A stretch of DNA of 63,996 nt, filler included, from a bacterium (GTDB lineage Bacteria; JAMORN01), in NCBI GenBank assembly GCA_027063545.1. It is 16 parts of 16 records of this genome, joined end to end, with 100 filler letters (N's around TTAATTAATTAA, not from the genome) between each part and the next. Parts side by side here need not be neighbours in the genome. Positions count along the whole stretch, not along the records: positions 40,951 to 44,848 come from JAMORN010000246.1; positions 44,949 to 48,840 come from JAMORN010000247.1; positions 48,941 to 52,816 come from JAMORN010000248.1; 13 more parts are not named here. One strand, written 5' to 3'. A program made the position numbers and the translations under genes. Numbering within the stretch: the stretch's first letter is position 1; each line of letters opens with the position of its first letter. Below the pieces are notes generated by a model. That model was not told where the DNA came from. It ran no database searches and was given only the letters and a program-made list of their open reading frames with translations. This document shows positions 40,951 through 51,688 of the stretch, in pieces.

Positions 40951-42844
40951 ATATTTACCAGAAGATGCTTATTTAATTAGACTTAATATCTCACCATGGG
41001 GATATGGAAAAGCAATATATTTTCAAGGAAAATCTGGTTATATATATGTATTTGGTCATTGTAGTGATTTTATACCTCTTATTGATACCCTTATAATGAA
41101 AGAACAAATAAAAAGAAAAAGATATAGAGTTAATTTTTTTATAAAAAGGAAATTAAAATTCTCTAAAAATACGTTAATAGGTTATACTGGAGAGACTGGA
41201 ATAGGTTATCCCCATCTTCATTTTGAAATAAGAGATAAAAATAATAGACCTTTAAATCCTTTTAATTTAGGTTATAGTATTGTTGATAGTATCCCTCCTA
41301 ATATATTAAAAGTGTATATAATTCCTTTAAATGATACAAGTTTGGTAAATAATAAAGAGTTTATTTTTAGCATGATAAAAGACTCTTCTAATAAAGATAC
41401 CGTAGATATAAAAGGAGTTATTGGGATTTCTATTTTAGGTTATGATAAAATATTAAAAAGTTATAAAGGTTATCTTTATCCATATAAATTTGAGTTATTT
41501 CTTGATGATTCTTTAATATTTAGACATTCTAATGACTATTTTTCATATTCAGAGGTTTTTTATAGTTTATACGATAGATTGTATTATGTAAGAACAGGTT
41601 TTAAATATTTAAAACCTAAGAATCTTTTTATTTTAAAAAATAATAATGCTACATTTTATAAAAAACCTTTTAATAAATATCCTGCAGGTATAATTTTTAC
41701 AAATAGTTTAGACAACAATATCCATAAAATTAAAATAAAGATATATGATTATAACCAAAATTATGATAGTTTGTTGTTTTTTATAAGAAAACAAAAGGTA
41801 GAATTTAATTATACCCTTTTTAGACCTAATAAAAAGCATACTTTTAATTGGGTTCATAATAAGATATTATCAGATTATTTAAAGAATAAAATAGAACTCT
41901 ATAATATATTTTTAGATACTCTTTATTATCCTTTATTAAAAGGCAATAATTTTTATTATATTACATTTCATTATAATGGGATTTCCTTAGATGTGAATAA
42001 GAATAGTCTTATAAAAAAGATAATAATGAAAAATAAAAAAGGAGTATTTGTTTCAAAAGAGATAGAAAAAAATAGATTCTTTTTTCCATATCATACACTT
42101 TCAAAAGAAAATATTTTTTTTATTATAGATTCAATATTTTCTGGATTTAAGGTTAAAGGCTATACAAAAGAGATTATATATAAATATATACCTGATTCTA
42201 CAATTATTGTTTATAATGATTCTATTATCCAAATAAAAGCTTCAAAATACTTATCCCCAGAAACAACTTATTTTAAAATAGAAATAGAAAAGCCTAAAAT
42301 TAAACCTAGAAATGATATAAAACTTCAAAACGAATTGCCTGTTGTTAAAATAAGAGGGAAATGGGTGCCCTCTAAAGGGAATTTTATTGTTTATTATAGA
42401 ATTAAAAAGAAAAAGCTTCTTAATAAAAAGTATGGATTTTATACTTATGGAAAATATCCAAAGTTTTTAGGGAAAAAAATAAAGCAAGATTCTATAATAT
42501 TTGTTCGCGCATGGATAAACTCTTCTATTGCTTATTATAAAGATGAGATTAAACCAAAAATTTATGATATTTCTGTACAAGATAAAAAACTTTATAAAAC
42601 TAAACCAATCTTAACTTTTAAAATAGATGAAAAAGGTTCTGGAATATGGAGTGATAAACAAATTAAAACTTTTGTAAATGGTAAATTTACAATAAATGAA
42701 TATAATCCTGAAAGAAAAAGTGTTAAGGTTTTATATCCTGATTATATAAAAGAAGGTAAGAATGTTTTTAAAATTATAGTAAAAGATAATGCTGGTAATA
42801 TTGATAAAAAAGAGATTATTTTTTATTATAAGAAAAGAGAATAG
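40951..42844 (+). CDS. M23 family metallopeptidase with long C-terminal extension, 5'-truncated
   Basis: Upstream frame GYGKAIY...YVFGHC, then IGYTGETG...PHLHFEIRD...NP. C-terminal Ig-like D..SGI...D.AGN. Confidence 0.85.
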
Positions 42845-42867
42845 ATTTTTAATTGGAGGATAGAATA

Positions 42868-44319
42868 ATGAAAAAAATATACTTTTTTTTATTTATATCT
42901 TGGCTAATTTTATTTAACAGTTTGGATATTTATGCTCAAAATGAAGATGATAATAGATTAAAATTAAACCCTGGATATGGATTTTTTGGTTTTAATGTAG
43001 CAACAAGTTATCAAATGTTTAAATATCCTTGGGATTATCCTATAGATTATCCAATGATAGAGGTTAATACTTCTCTTCCTGTTAGAATAAATAGATGGAA
43101 TCCTGACCTTTCTGGGATATTACCAGAAGATTATTTTGGTATAAATCCTGAGTATTCTCCAATTTTTGATTTAGGTTTTATGCCTTCCACTTCTGTTCAG
43201 GTTTCTATGCCTTATATGTGGGATAAAATAGAAAAAAATTTAGGTATAAAAGGAGCGATTAGTGCAGGTTATTCTAAGAATTTAGATTTTTCAGTTGATT
43301 TTAGGGTATATAACTTTGTAATTGATAAGTATCCTGCAAATTATGAAGATGTTCCTTTAAGATTTAGAGTTATTATGAATGCTCCTCTTTTTTATTATAT
43401 GAGATGGAATTCATTTTATGTAAATTATACAATAGCACCTTCTGACAATGTAAGACTTGCTTTTCAATTCTCAAGAAATACCTTCCAACTTAAAACAAAT
43501 TCTGTGATAACAATGGATTTTTCTGGTTATGCAGAAGTTAATAATTCTATAGTTCCAATAGCTTATAACCTTCCTGATAGAGAAGGAGATGAGGTTTATG
43601 CTTATGCTAAGGGAGATTATGTAGGTACAAAATGGATGACTGTAATGGGTATTAAGGCTTCTTTTATATCTTGGATTTTAAGAATGGGGACTACTGTAAA
43701 ACTTGAAGGTTTATACGAAATGGGATATTCTCTCCCATTTTTTATAATACCGGATAGTTTATGGGGAGCTGTTACAGGAGAATTATCAAGTTATGATGAT
43801 TCTAATTTTATTGATTGGGATGCTTTAACTTCAGAACCTGCTAGAATAGGAAATGGAGAGGTTGTGTCAAGAGGTTATTATACAACAGATCCGGCTTATG
43901 GTATTGTACCAACAAATTTTACTTTAGGTGTTGATATAATACCTGGCTATTTAGAGTTTTCTTGGACTCATTTTACAGGGCCTTTTGTTCTTAAACATAT
44001 AGATCATAATAATACTTTCTTTTCTATGAATGGTTATGATACACTAGCAACTTATGGCAGACAGAATTTCTATTTATATGTAAAAATAGATGATATATTT
44101 TTGATAAGAAGTAATTTAAAGTATTATAATATTAAATTAGGGCTTATGAATATGCATATAAAATTTCAAGAAGGACAATCTGATGATTATTTTTTACCTA
44201 TAATTCCAATTTTAGGAGCAGGTGTTGAGACAAAAAGTAAATATGAATTATTTTTGAATGGTTTTATACTGCCAATTCCTTCTATAAGGGGAGGAGTTAG
44301 GATTTATTTAGAAAAGTAA
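42868..44319 (+). CDS. Putative outer-membrane beta-barrel protein
   Basis: SD GGAGG, signal peptide, aromatic alternating strands, C-terminal RGGVRIYL. Confidence 0.55.
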   Translation: MKKIYFFLFISWLILFNSLDIYAQNEDDNRLKLNPGYGFFGFNVATSYQMFKYPWDYPIDYPMIEVNTSLPVRINRWNPDLSGILPEDYFGINPEYSPIFDLGFMPSTSVQVSMPYMWDKIEKNLGIKGAISAGYSKNLDFSVDFRVYNFVIDKYPANYEDVPLRFRVIMNAPLFYYMRWNSFYVNYTIAPSDNVRLAFQFSRNTFQLKTNSVITMDFSGYAEVNNSIVPIAYNLPDREGDEVYAYAKGDYVGTKWMTVMGIKASFISWILRMGTTVKLEGLYEMGYSLPFFIIPDSLWGAVTGELSSYDDSNFIDWDALTSEPARIGNGEVVSRGYYTTDPAYGIVPTNFTLGVDIIPGYLEFSWTHFTGPFVLKHIDHNNTFFSMNGYDTLATYGRQNFYLYVKIDDIFLIRSNLKYYNIKLGLMNMHIKFQEGQSDDYFLPIIPILGAGVETKSKYELFLNGFILPIPSIRGGVRIYLEK

Positions 44320-44336
44320 ATAAAAGGAGTAAATAA

Positions 44337-44848
44337 ATGAGAAGATTACAATATTTTATAATATTATTGATAATTTTAGGATTGAATATAAATATTAGTG
44401 CAACCTTTACGAAAAAAACTATATTAATGAAATCTTTTCCTTTAACATCAGTAAAGAGTGATTCAAATATATATTTCTCATGGTATCCAATAATAAACGA
44501 TAATGGTGATACTCTAGATGCTAATGTTGTATTTGCTTTTGGGAGAAATCCAGGAGCAGAAATTCCTCAAAACTATACTTATAAAATAGGAAGTGATTAT
44601 TTTACCTATGTAAATGGTTATCCTTCTATAAGTTTTATACCTGAAACTATTACAGACGAAAATGGTAATTATATAATGCAAGCAGGTGTTTTTTATTATA
44701 CATTATATGTATATGACATAAATGGTTCAGATACAACACTTTATACCTCTCCAGAAACTCAACTTATAGTTGAATCTAAATACCCAGTGAAAATGTTATA
44801 TCCTATATCATCAGGAGATAACCCTATAGAAGAATCAGCACCTGTTTT
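44337..44848 (+). CDS. Secreted beta-rich protein, 3'-truncated
   Basis: SD AAGGAG, signal peptide, Tyr/Ser/Thr-rich Ig-like sequence. Confidence 0.5.
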
Positions 44849-44948
44849 NNNNNNNNNNNNNNNNNNNNNNNNNNNNNNNNNNNNNNNNNNNNTTAATTAA
44901 TTAANNNNNNNNNNNNNNNNNNNNNNNNNNNNNNNNNNNNNNNNNNNN

Positions 44949-45233
44949 TTTTATATTCTTATCTTTGGCTTTATTATAAGCATCTTTAAAGAAATTATAA
45001 GCTTTTTTAAAACTTTTGGTACTATAATTTGCAATACCTCTATAATTACTTACTACATCATTTTTTTTATGGATTTGTGATAATACAGAATCTGCTTTAT
45101 TGTAATTTTTCTGTTGTAATAGTTTTTCTCCTTTTTTAAATAAAAAATAATCCTTTAAATCCCTTAATTGAGAATAACTATAATGAAATGAGATAAAAAA
45201 GATAAAAATTATGTAAAAAATTTTAGCTATCAT
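44949..45233 (-). CDS. BatC-like TPR protein, 3'-truncated
   Basis: Signal peptide followed by KGEKLLQQKNYNKA...Y.GIANY TPR, downstream of batB. Confidence 0.65.
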
Positions 45234-45237
45234 AATT

Positions 45238-46257
45238 TTATTCTATTTTCTTATATTTAGGATAAAAATAAATACTTAAATATAATATAAAAAATATAAC
45301 ACTGATAAGTAAAAATATTTGATATTGATCTTCTTTTTGAGAAAAACTTTCCCTACTATTGTATTTATTTTTTTCTAAAGAATATATATAATCATAAATC
45401 TTATTTACATTAAACATATTATTTTTAACATTAATAAAAAGTCCATCTGTACTATTTGCTAATTCTTTTAAAAATTTATCATTTAACCGGGTATATACTA
45501 TATTTCCTTTATTATCCTTAAGATAATAAACACTACCATCTGTATTCTTCATAATTATAGGAGTAGGTTGGGAAGTACCTACAGCTATAGATATAACTTT
45601 TATTTTATGTCTTTTTAACATTTCTATTATCTCCTTTTCATGCCCACTATGATCCTCACCATCTGAAATAATAACAAGAAGTTTTGTTTTATAGTTATCT
45701 TTAAATAGATTAATACTTCTTTTTACTAAATTAAAAAAGTTAGTTCCACCGCTTATTGTGATATCCCTATCTATATAAGAAAGATATAAAAGTATTATAT
45801 CCTTATCATCCGTTATAGGAGAAACAACCAAAGCATCTGTTGAAAAAACAATAAATCCGAATCTGATATCCTTTAAATTATTTACTAGTTCTTTAGCTAA
45901 ATTAACCCCCATTTCCAGTCTAGAAGGATATATATCCTGAGCTAACATACTTCGAGAAATATCTAATGCAATTATACAATCATAGCCTATTTTTCTTACA
46001 ATAACATCTTTTTCTCCAAATTTAGGTCTTGCTATTGCCAGGACTAAAAAAACAAAAGAAATTGAAAAAAATAGGATTTTTAGCACTTTAAAAAAATAAG
46101 AAGTTTCACCTACATATAAACTACCATACGAAATATTTTTTAAATATAGATAAGAAATGAGTTTTTTATATCTTATATAGGAATATAGTGATATAAAGAT
46201 AAAAAATACTCCTAAAATAACTCCTATATAAAGTGCTATTTTATATTCAAAAAACAT
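45238..46257 (-). CDS. batB: BatB-like vWA domain membrane protein
   Basis: LAIARPKFG, DISRSM.AQDI.PSRL, P.T.D, ISDGEDH, LKELA..TDG. Confidence 0.85.
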   Translation of the reverse strand: MFFEYKIALYIGVILGVFFIFISLYSYIRYKKLISYLYLKNISYGSLYVGETSYFFKVLKILFFSISFVFLVLAIARPKFGEKDVIVRKIGYDCIIALDISRSMLAQDIYPSRLEMGVNLAKELVNNLKDIRFGFIVFSTDALVVSPITDDKDIILLYLSYIDRDITISGGTNFFNLVKRSINLFKDNYKTKLLVIISDGEDHSGHEKEIIEMLKRHKIKVISIAVGTSQPTPIIMKNTDGSVYYLKDNKGNIVYTRLNDKFLKELANSTDGLFINVKNNMFNVNKIYDYIYSLEKNKYNSRESFSQKEDQYQIFLLISVIFFILYLSIYFYPKYKKIE

Positions 46258-46262
46258 ATATT

Positions 46263-47258
46263 CTATCCTATTTTTATAATAAACTTATCAATTAAAAATC
46301 CAAATAAAAATAAAATAAAACCTACTAATAACGGTATATAAAATTTTTCCTCATAAGTTTTATACATCTTTTGTTCTATTTTAGATTTTTCTAATTGATC
46401 AATCTTTTTATAAATCTCTTCCAATTCTTTGGAAGAAGTTGCTCTAAAATAAAGTCCTCCTGTTATATCTGCTATCTTTATCAATAGTTTCTCATCTACT
46501 TCTCCCACATTATAGTAGGTAATACCAAAAGGTGTCTTTACCGGTACAATCCCTCCACCTCTTTTCCCTACACCTATTGTATATATCTTTATTCCTTTTT
46601 CTTTTGCTAATTTTGCGGCTGTTATAGGATCCACCATACCACTATTATTTACCCCATCTGTTACTAAAATTATAACCTTACTTTTTGCTTTACTATTTTC
46701 CAATCTCTTTATACTAACAGCAATACCATCTCCTATTGCTGTACCATCATCTAATATTCCTATTTTTATATCATCAACCATCTTTAATAACACATCTTTG
46801 TCGGTCGTTAAAGGACATTTTGTATATGCCTCTCTAGAAAAAACTACAATACCTATTCTATCATTTTTCCGCTTTTTAATAAAATCTTTTATAACCTTCT
46901 TTGCTACATAAAATCTATTTTTAGGTTTAAAATCTATAGCTTTCATTGAACTAGAAGCATCCAGAGCAATTATTATATCAACACCATAAGTAATTACCTC
47001 TTTTTCTATATTTACACTTCGCGGTCTAGCCAAAGCAATAATAAAAAAAATTAAACTTATTAAATATAGAATAAATGGAGTATAATAAAAAAATGCTTGA
47101 AAAAGTTTTATTTTAGTAATTTTTGTTATTTGAAAAAACTCTAAAAAGCCATTAAAACTTCTTTTCTCATAATAGAAATTAATTAAAATAATTAATAAAA
47201 CAAAAAGAAGTAAAAAAAAGTAATAAGGGTCTTTAAACTCCATATCTAATACATTCAT
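46263..47258 (-). CDS. batA: BatA-like vWA domain membrane protein
   Basis: IALARP, MIDAS DASSSM.A.DFKP.NR, DRIGIVVF, PLTTD, GTAIGDG, VTDGVNNSG. Confidence 0.9.
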   Translation of the reverse strand: MNVLDMEFKDPYYFFLLLFVLLIILINFYYEKRSFNGFLEFFQITKITKIKLFQAFFYYTPFILYLISLIFFIIALARPRSVNIEKEVITYGVDIIIALDASSSMKAIDFKPKNRFYVAKKVIKDFIKKRKNDRIGIVVFSREAYTKCPLTTDKDVLLKMVDDIKIGILDDGTAIGDGIAVSIKRLENSKAKSKVIILVTDGVNNSGMVDPITAAKLAKEKGIKIYTIGVGKRGGGIVPVKTPFGITYYNVGEVDEKLLIKIADITGGLYFRATSSKELEEIYKKIDQLEKSKIEQKMYKTYEEKFYIPLLVGFILFLFGFLIDKFIIKIG

Positions 47259-47267
47259 ACTAATTGT

Positions 47268-48840
47268 TTATCTGTCCTTTAAATATTTAATTCTACTTTT
47301 TAATAAATACCTCTTGATTTTACGAGTAGATGTTTTTGGTAATTCTTCATACAATATTTCAAAACCTCTTATTCTCTTATATTCTAATAAAGTATCATTA
47401 ACCTTTTTAATATATTCTGAGATTAATTTATTTAAAAACTCCTCTGTTACCTCGTTTGGTTTTTTATTAAAATGATACTCTATTTCATCAAAATTTGGAA
47501 CAATAAATGCATAAGGATATTCACCTTTATCATCCTTTGATATAGGAATACCCAAAACAACACATTCTAATATAAATGGACTAGAACACAATTTTTCTTC
47601 TAATTCTTCTGGAAATACATTTTTACCTCCCGGTGTAACTATTATATTTTTTACTCTACCAGTTATATATAAATAACCATTTTTATCTATATAGCCTGAA
47701 TCTCCTGTATACAACCATCCATCTTTTAAAACTTTTTCTGTTTCCTCTGGCTTTTTATAATAACCTATCATTATATTATCGCCTCTTGCAATAATCTCTC
47801 CAATTCCATTTTCATCAGGATTGTTTATTTTTATTTCAACCCCTGGTATTGCTGGACCAACAGAAAAATTATCTATTTTATTTATGTCCTCTGGCTTTAA
47901 ATATCTATTTACTGCTAAAACAGGTGAAGATTCTGTAAGGCCATACCCTTGAAGGATAACAAATCCATATTCTTCCATTCCTTTTGCTACATACTCTTGT
48001 AAAGGAGCTGCTCCTGAAACAAAAAATTCTATAGAATCAAGACCTGCTTTTCTTCTCAAAAATTTAAATATTTTTATATAATAAATTTTATTATTGGTAA
48101 GTTTTACGATAAATCTCGCTAAATACTTTAAAGAAGATATTAGTAATTTTGTAATAAATTTTCTATTTATTTCCCTTTCTATATTATCATAAATTTTTTG
48201 TAATATCAATGGCACAACAACCATCTTTGTTATTCTCTCTTCCTTAATAATATCAACCATCACCCTTGGAGTTATAAGCTCTATATATACTATCTCTACC
48301 CCTTTAGATAAGGGTAAAAGAAATCCTGCTGTTGTTTCATAAGTATGATGAAGTGGTAAAATTGACAGCATTTTATCGTTACTATTTATATCAACAATAT
48401 TTTGTAAAGATTTAATCTCAAATACTAAATTTTTATGGGATAATATTACACCTTTAGAAGTACCTGTTGTACCAGATGTATATATCACCTCAGCCCAATC
48501 TTCAGGCTTTATATTTTCTTCTCCTTTATAATTTTCTATCTCTTTATCTTCATATTTCTCTATAAGTTTCTTTAAACTTATAATATTATCATAACTATCT
48601 TCAATAAACTCTCCATCAAATACTATAAATTTCTTTATTTTATAATAATAATTTATACTATCAGCAATTTTTTCATATAAAGATAAAGACACAAAAAGGT
48701 ATCTTACCTCTGTATCACTTAAAACATAATCTATTTCACTTTCACTAAATCTGGCATCAATAGGAACAACTACGCCTCCTGAATATAAGATCCCATAATA
48801 AGCAAAACCCCATTCCGGTCTATTTTCTGATAGAAGAGCA
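47268..48840 (-). CDS. Long-chain fatty acid--CoA ligase (AMP-binding), 5'-truncated
   Basis: SENRPEW upstream, YTSGTTGTSKG, LPLHHTYE, GYGLTE, GWLYTGD, GRVKNIIV..GKNVFPEE. Confidence 0.92.
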
Positions 48841-48940
48841 NNNNNNNNNNNNNNNNNNNNNNNNNNNNNNNNNNNNNNNNNNNNTTAATTAATTAANNNN
48901 NNNNNNNNNNNNNNNNNNNNNNNNNNNNNNNNNNNNNNNN

Positions 48941-49259
48941 TAAAAACCCTCCCTGAAAGTAGATGTAAGTGTATATGAAACACAGTTTGTCCAGCATCTT
49001 CACCATTGTTTATTACAAGTCTATAGTCCTTTAAGTTTAATTTTTGAGCAACCTTATTTGCCACAACAAAAAGTCCTCCAATAAGTTCTTGATCATCTTC
49101 TGTGATTTCTGAAATTTTAGAAATATGTTTTTTTGGTATTATTAATATATGATAAGGAGCCTGAGGATTGATATCTTTAAAAGCAAGATATTTATCATCT
49201 TCATAAACAATCTCACTAGGCAACTCTTTATTTACTATCTTACAAAAAATACAATCCAT
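48941..49259 (-). CDS. Histidine triad nucleotide-binding protein, last few codons truncated
   Basis: DCIFCKI, DINPQAP.H, GQTVFHIHLH. Confidence 0.95.
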
Positions 49260-49291
49260 ATCTCCGCTCCTTTTTTCTTTATATCTTTCTT

Positions 49292-50008
49292 TTATATAAA
49301 ATATAATTTATGAGTAATCTTTTTCAAATATTTATCTGACTTTTTATATTCAGGAAAGTATCTATATACTATTGCCCAAAATTTCTTTGAATGGGATTTT
49401 TCTATTAAATGGGTAAGTTCATGAACCACAACACTATCTATAATAAAAATAGGCATCATAACAAGTCGCCAGTGAAATCTTAAATTTCTAGTTATACAAT
49501 TACAACTACCCCATTTATAAAAAGATTCTATTAAATAAAATTTATTGTACTTTAACCCCATCTTTTTAGAATAATAGTCAAGTCTTTCCTTTAAAATCTT
49601 TTTAAATTCTCTTTTATACCATCTTATAATAGCTTTTTTCAATTTTTCTTCATCATTTTTGTATTTCTCTGGAATAAATAATGTATTTTCTTCTAATTTA
49701 AATGTTTTTCTTTTATAAAAACAAATTTTTATATCTTCTCCTAAAAATGGAATCTTTTTGTATATAGAATATTCATATCTTATACTTCTATAATACTTTA
49801 ATCTATCCTTTATCCAAGATAAATTTGTTGAAATCGCTGAAATTACTCCTTTTTGAGTAAAATAAAAGGGTACATAAATTACAACATCAAGATTAGGGAA
49901 TACTCGGATAGTATAAGAAGAACGTCTATATATACTTCTTCTTACTTTTATCTCTATATTATGAGTTTTTTTTAAAGTTTCTATGAATTTTTTTAGTTTT
50001 TCTGCCAT
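49292..50008 (-). CDS. YgjP / DUF45 (SprT-like) zinc metallopeptidase/hydrolase
   Basis: KWGSC, VVVHELTHL...HSKKFW. Confidence 0.88.
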   Translation of the reverse strand: MAEKLKKFIETLKKTHNIEIKVRRSIYRRSSYTIRVFPNLDVVIYVPFYFTQKGVISAISTNLSWIKDRLKYYRSIRYEYSIYKKIPFLGEDIKICFYKRKTFKLEENTLFIPEKYKNDEEKLKKAIIRWYKREFKKILKERLDYYSKKMGLKYNKFYLIESFYKWGSCNCITRNLRFHWRLVMMPIFIIDSVVVHELTHLIEKSHSKKFWAIVYRYFPEYKKSDKYLKKITHKLYFI

Positions 50009-50032
50009 ATCTTTTAATTAAAATAAAAATTA

Positions 50033-50059
50033 TAAATCCAAATTTAAAATTTCCGATAA
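50033..50059 (+). promoter_or_regulatory. Sigma-28 (FliA/WhiG)-type promoter TAAA-N15-TCCGATAA
   Basis: TAAA at 50033-50036, 15-nt spacer, TCCGATAA at 50052-50059 (7/8 match to GCCGATAA). Confidence 0.65.
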
Positions 50060-50086
50060 TCTATAATGTACAAAAGGATATAAGCT

Positions 50087-50266
50087 ATGAAAAGGAAAAA
50101 GCAAATATCCATTGATAACTTGCAAAAATTAAAGCAAATTACTGATCAAAATAAAAGAATAAAAGAAGCAAAAAAACGTCTTCGTCAAGGATATTACTCT
50201 ACTGATAATGAAATCTTTGATGAGATTATTGATAAATTCATAGATTCTCTATTAGATTATCTATAA
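50087..50266 (+). CDS. Small FlgM-like anti-sigma-28 protein (59 aa; missed by the ORF track)
   Basis: SD AAAGGA. MKRKKQISIDNLQKLKQITDQNKRIKEAKKRLRQGYYSTDNEIFDEIIDKFIDSLLDYL has the FlgM C-terminal pattern R(I/V)..(I/A)K..(I/L)..G.Y..D...I..K. Confidence 0.6.
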   Translation: MKRKKQISIDNLQKLKQITDQNKRIKEAKKRLRQGYYSTDNEIFDEIIDKFIDSLLDYL

Positions 50267-50273
50267 AATTTTT

Positions 50274-51074
50274 TTAGTAAAAAAGTTTTAAAAATCCAAT
50301 TTCTCTCTCTAGAGAATAATCTCCTAACCCTGATTTTTCAATAGTTGATAATATATCCTTTAAAATAAATCTGATCTGAAAATCTTCACTGATAATAAAA
50401 TTAAATCCTAAATTTAAAAACCCATTCCATGGATTTTTATAAACATCTGGATTTTCCCAATCTGGTGTTGTAAGACCTAAAGAGTAATCTATTGTGGCAA
50501 AAAACTTATTTGTTATATATATATTATAGCCTAAAAAAACATCAAGATTATCAAGAATACCATTTAAAGAAAATTTTAAACTATCATTATCAAAAGAGTA
50601 ATTTACACCAAAATTAAAAGTTATAGGAACTATCTTAAATAAATAATAACCCTTTCCAAAAACAAAAAAAAGCCCTTTCGAAGGATATAAAAATTTATCA
50701 TTATCTAAGATAACACCTCTTCCCTGATTATCAAAACCTATCACTAATGCAGGGAATTTTTTTGACTCTTCTATTAATCTAACTCTTAAGTCAACCCCTA
50801 CCTTTGCACCATAAAACTTCAATGTATCTGAACCTATTAAATTTTCTGCTCCATAAGCTAAACCTATATTTATTCTTGATAAAGGAGCATAATAAGCTCT
50901 AACTTGTAATGCATTTGGAGAGTATATATTAAAATCTAAAAGGGATTCTTTAGAATTTAGCATTCCTGCTGTTGGATTGTCTATCATAAAAAGATTTTGA
51001 AAAGAAAAAAGCTGAGAATGAGTTAATAATAAAAAATATATTATAAAAAAAAAATTTTTTTCTCTTCTGGCCAT
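50274..51074 (-). CDS. YjbH-like outer-membrane protein
   Basis: Signal peptide, IDNPTAGML, RVRLIEES..FPALVIGFDNQG. ATG at 51074 has an AGGAG SD (alternative start 51092). Confidence 0.6.
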   Translation of the reverse strand: MARREKNFFFIIYFLLLTHSQLFSFQNLFMIDNPTAGMLNSKESLLDFNIYSPNALQVRAYYAPLSRINIGLAYGAENLIGSDTLKFYGAKVGVDLRVRLIEESKKFPALVIGFDNQGRGVILDNDKFLYPSKGLFFVFGKGYYLFKIVPITFNFGVNYSFDNDSLKFSLNGILDNLDVFLGYNIYITNKFFATIDYSLGLTTPDWENPDVYKNPWNGFLNLGFNFIISEDFQIRFILKDILSTIEKSGLGDYSLEREIGFLKLFY

Positions 51075-51110
51075 TTTAGCTCCTATTTTCATATAATTCC
51101 TGTTAGAAGT

Positions 51111-51139
51111 AAAATAAATAAAAACAGTTGCCTTTTCAA
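51111..51139 (-). promoter_or_regulatory. Sigma-70-type promoter TTGAAA-N17-TATTTT
   Basis: Exact 17-nt spacing; overlaps a divergent TTGCCT-N17-TAAATT (51128-51156, + strand). Confidence 0.55.
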
Positions 51140-51165
51140 TACTATTTAATTAAATTCATAAAAGT

Positions 51166-51612
51166 ATGAAACCAATACTGGCAATAGATTACGGAGATAA
51201 GAGAACTGGCTTTGCTAAAAGTGATGAACTTCTACTTATTGCAACACCTCTTGAAGTATTTCCGACTCAACCTGTAGATAAACTTATTAATCATATAATT
51301 GACTTAATTGCAGAATATGATATAGGATTAATTCTTCTTGGGGTTCCTTATGGAACTAAAACTCGAATTACACCTCAAACTGAAAAGGTATTGAAATTTA
51401 AAGAAATATTAGAAAAAAAGATTAATATCCCAATAATTGAATTTGATGAAGTTTATTCTACTAAATCTGCTATTGATAAGATTCATCAGATTGGGAAAAA
51501 GTATCATCAAATAAAAAATAAAATTGATTCTTATGCTGCTGCTACTTTTCTTCAAGAATTTCTTGATTTTCATGTAAATGATCAAATAAAAGATTTATTG
51601 AAAGAAGAATAA
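51166..51612 (+). CDS. ruvX: Pre-16S rRNA nuclease YqgF/RuvX
   Basis: ILAIDYGDKRTGFAKSD, LGVP, DEVYST..A, IDSYAA..FLQ. Confidence 0.93.
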   Translation: MKPILAIDYGDKRTGFAKSDELLLIATPLEVFPTQPVDKLINHIIDLIAEYDIGLILLGVPYGTKTRITPQTEKVLKFKEILEKKINIPIIEFDEVYSTKSAIDKIHQIGKKYHQIKNKIDSYAAATFLQEFLDFHVNDQIKDLLKEE

Positions 51613-51688
51613 TTTCTTATTGTTTTCTGTTACTGATTATATTATTATTTATTAATATAGTAAACAATACTAACAAGGAGGGAATCAA

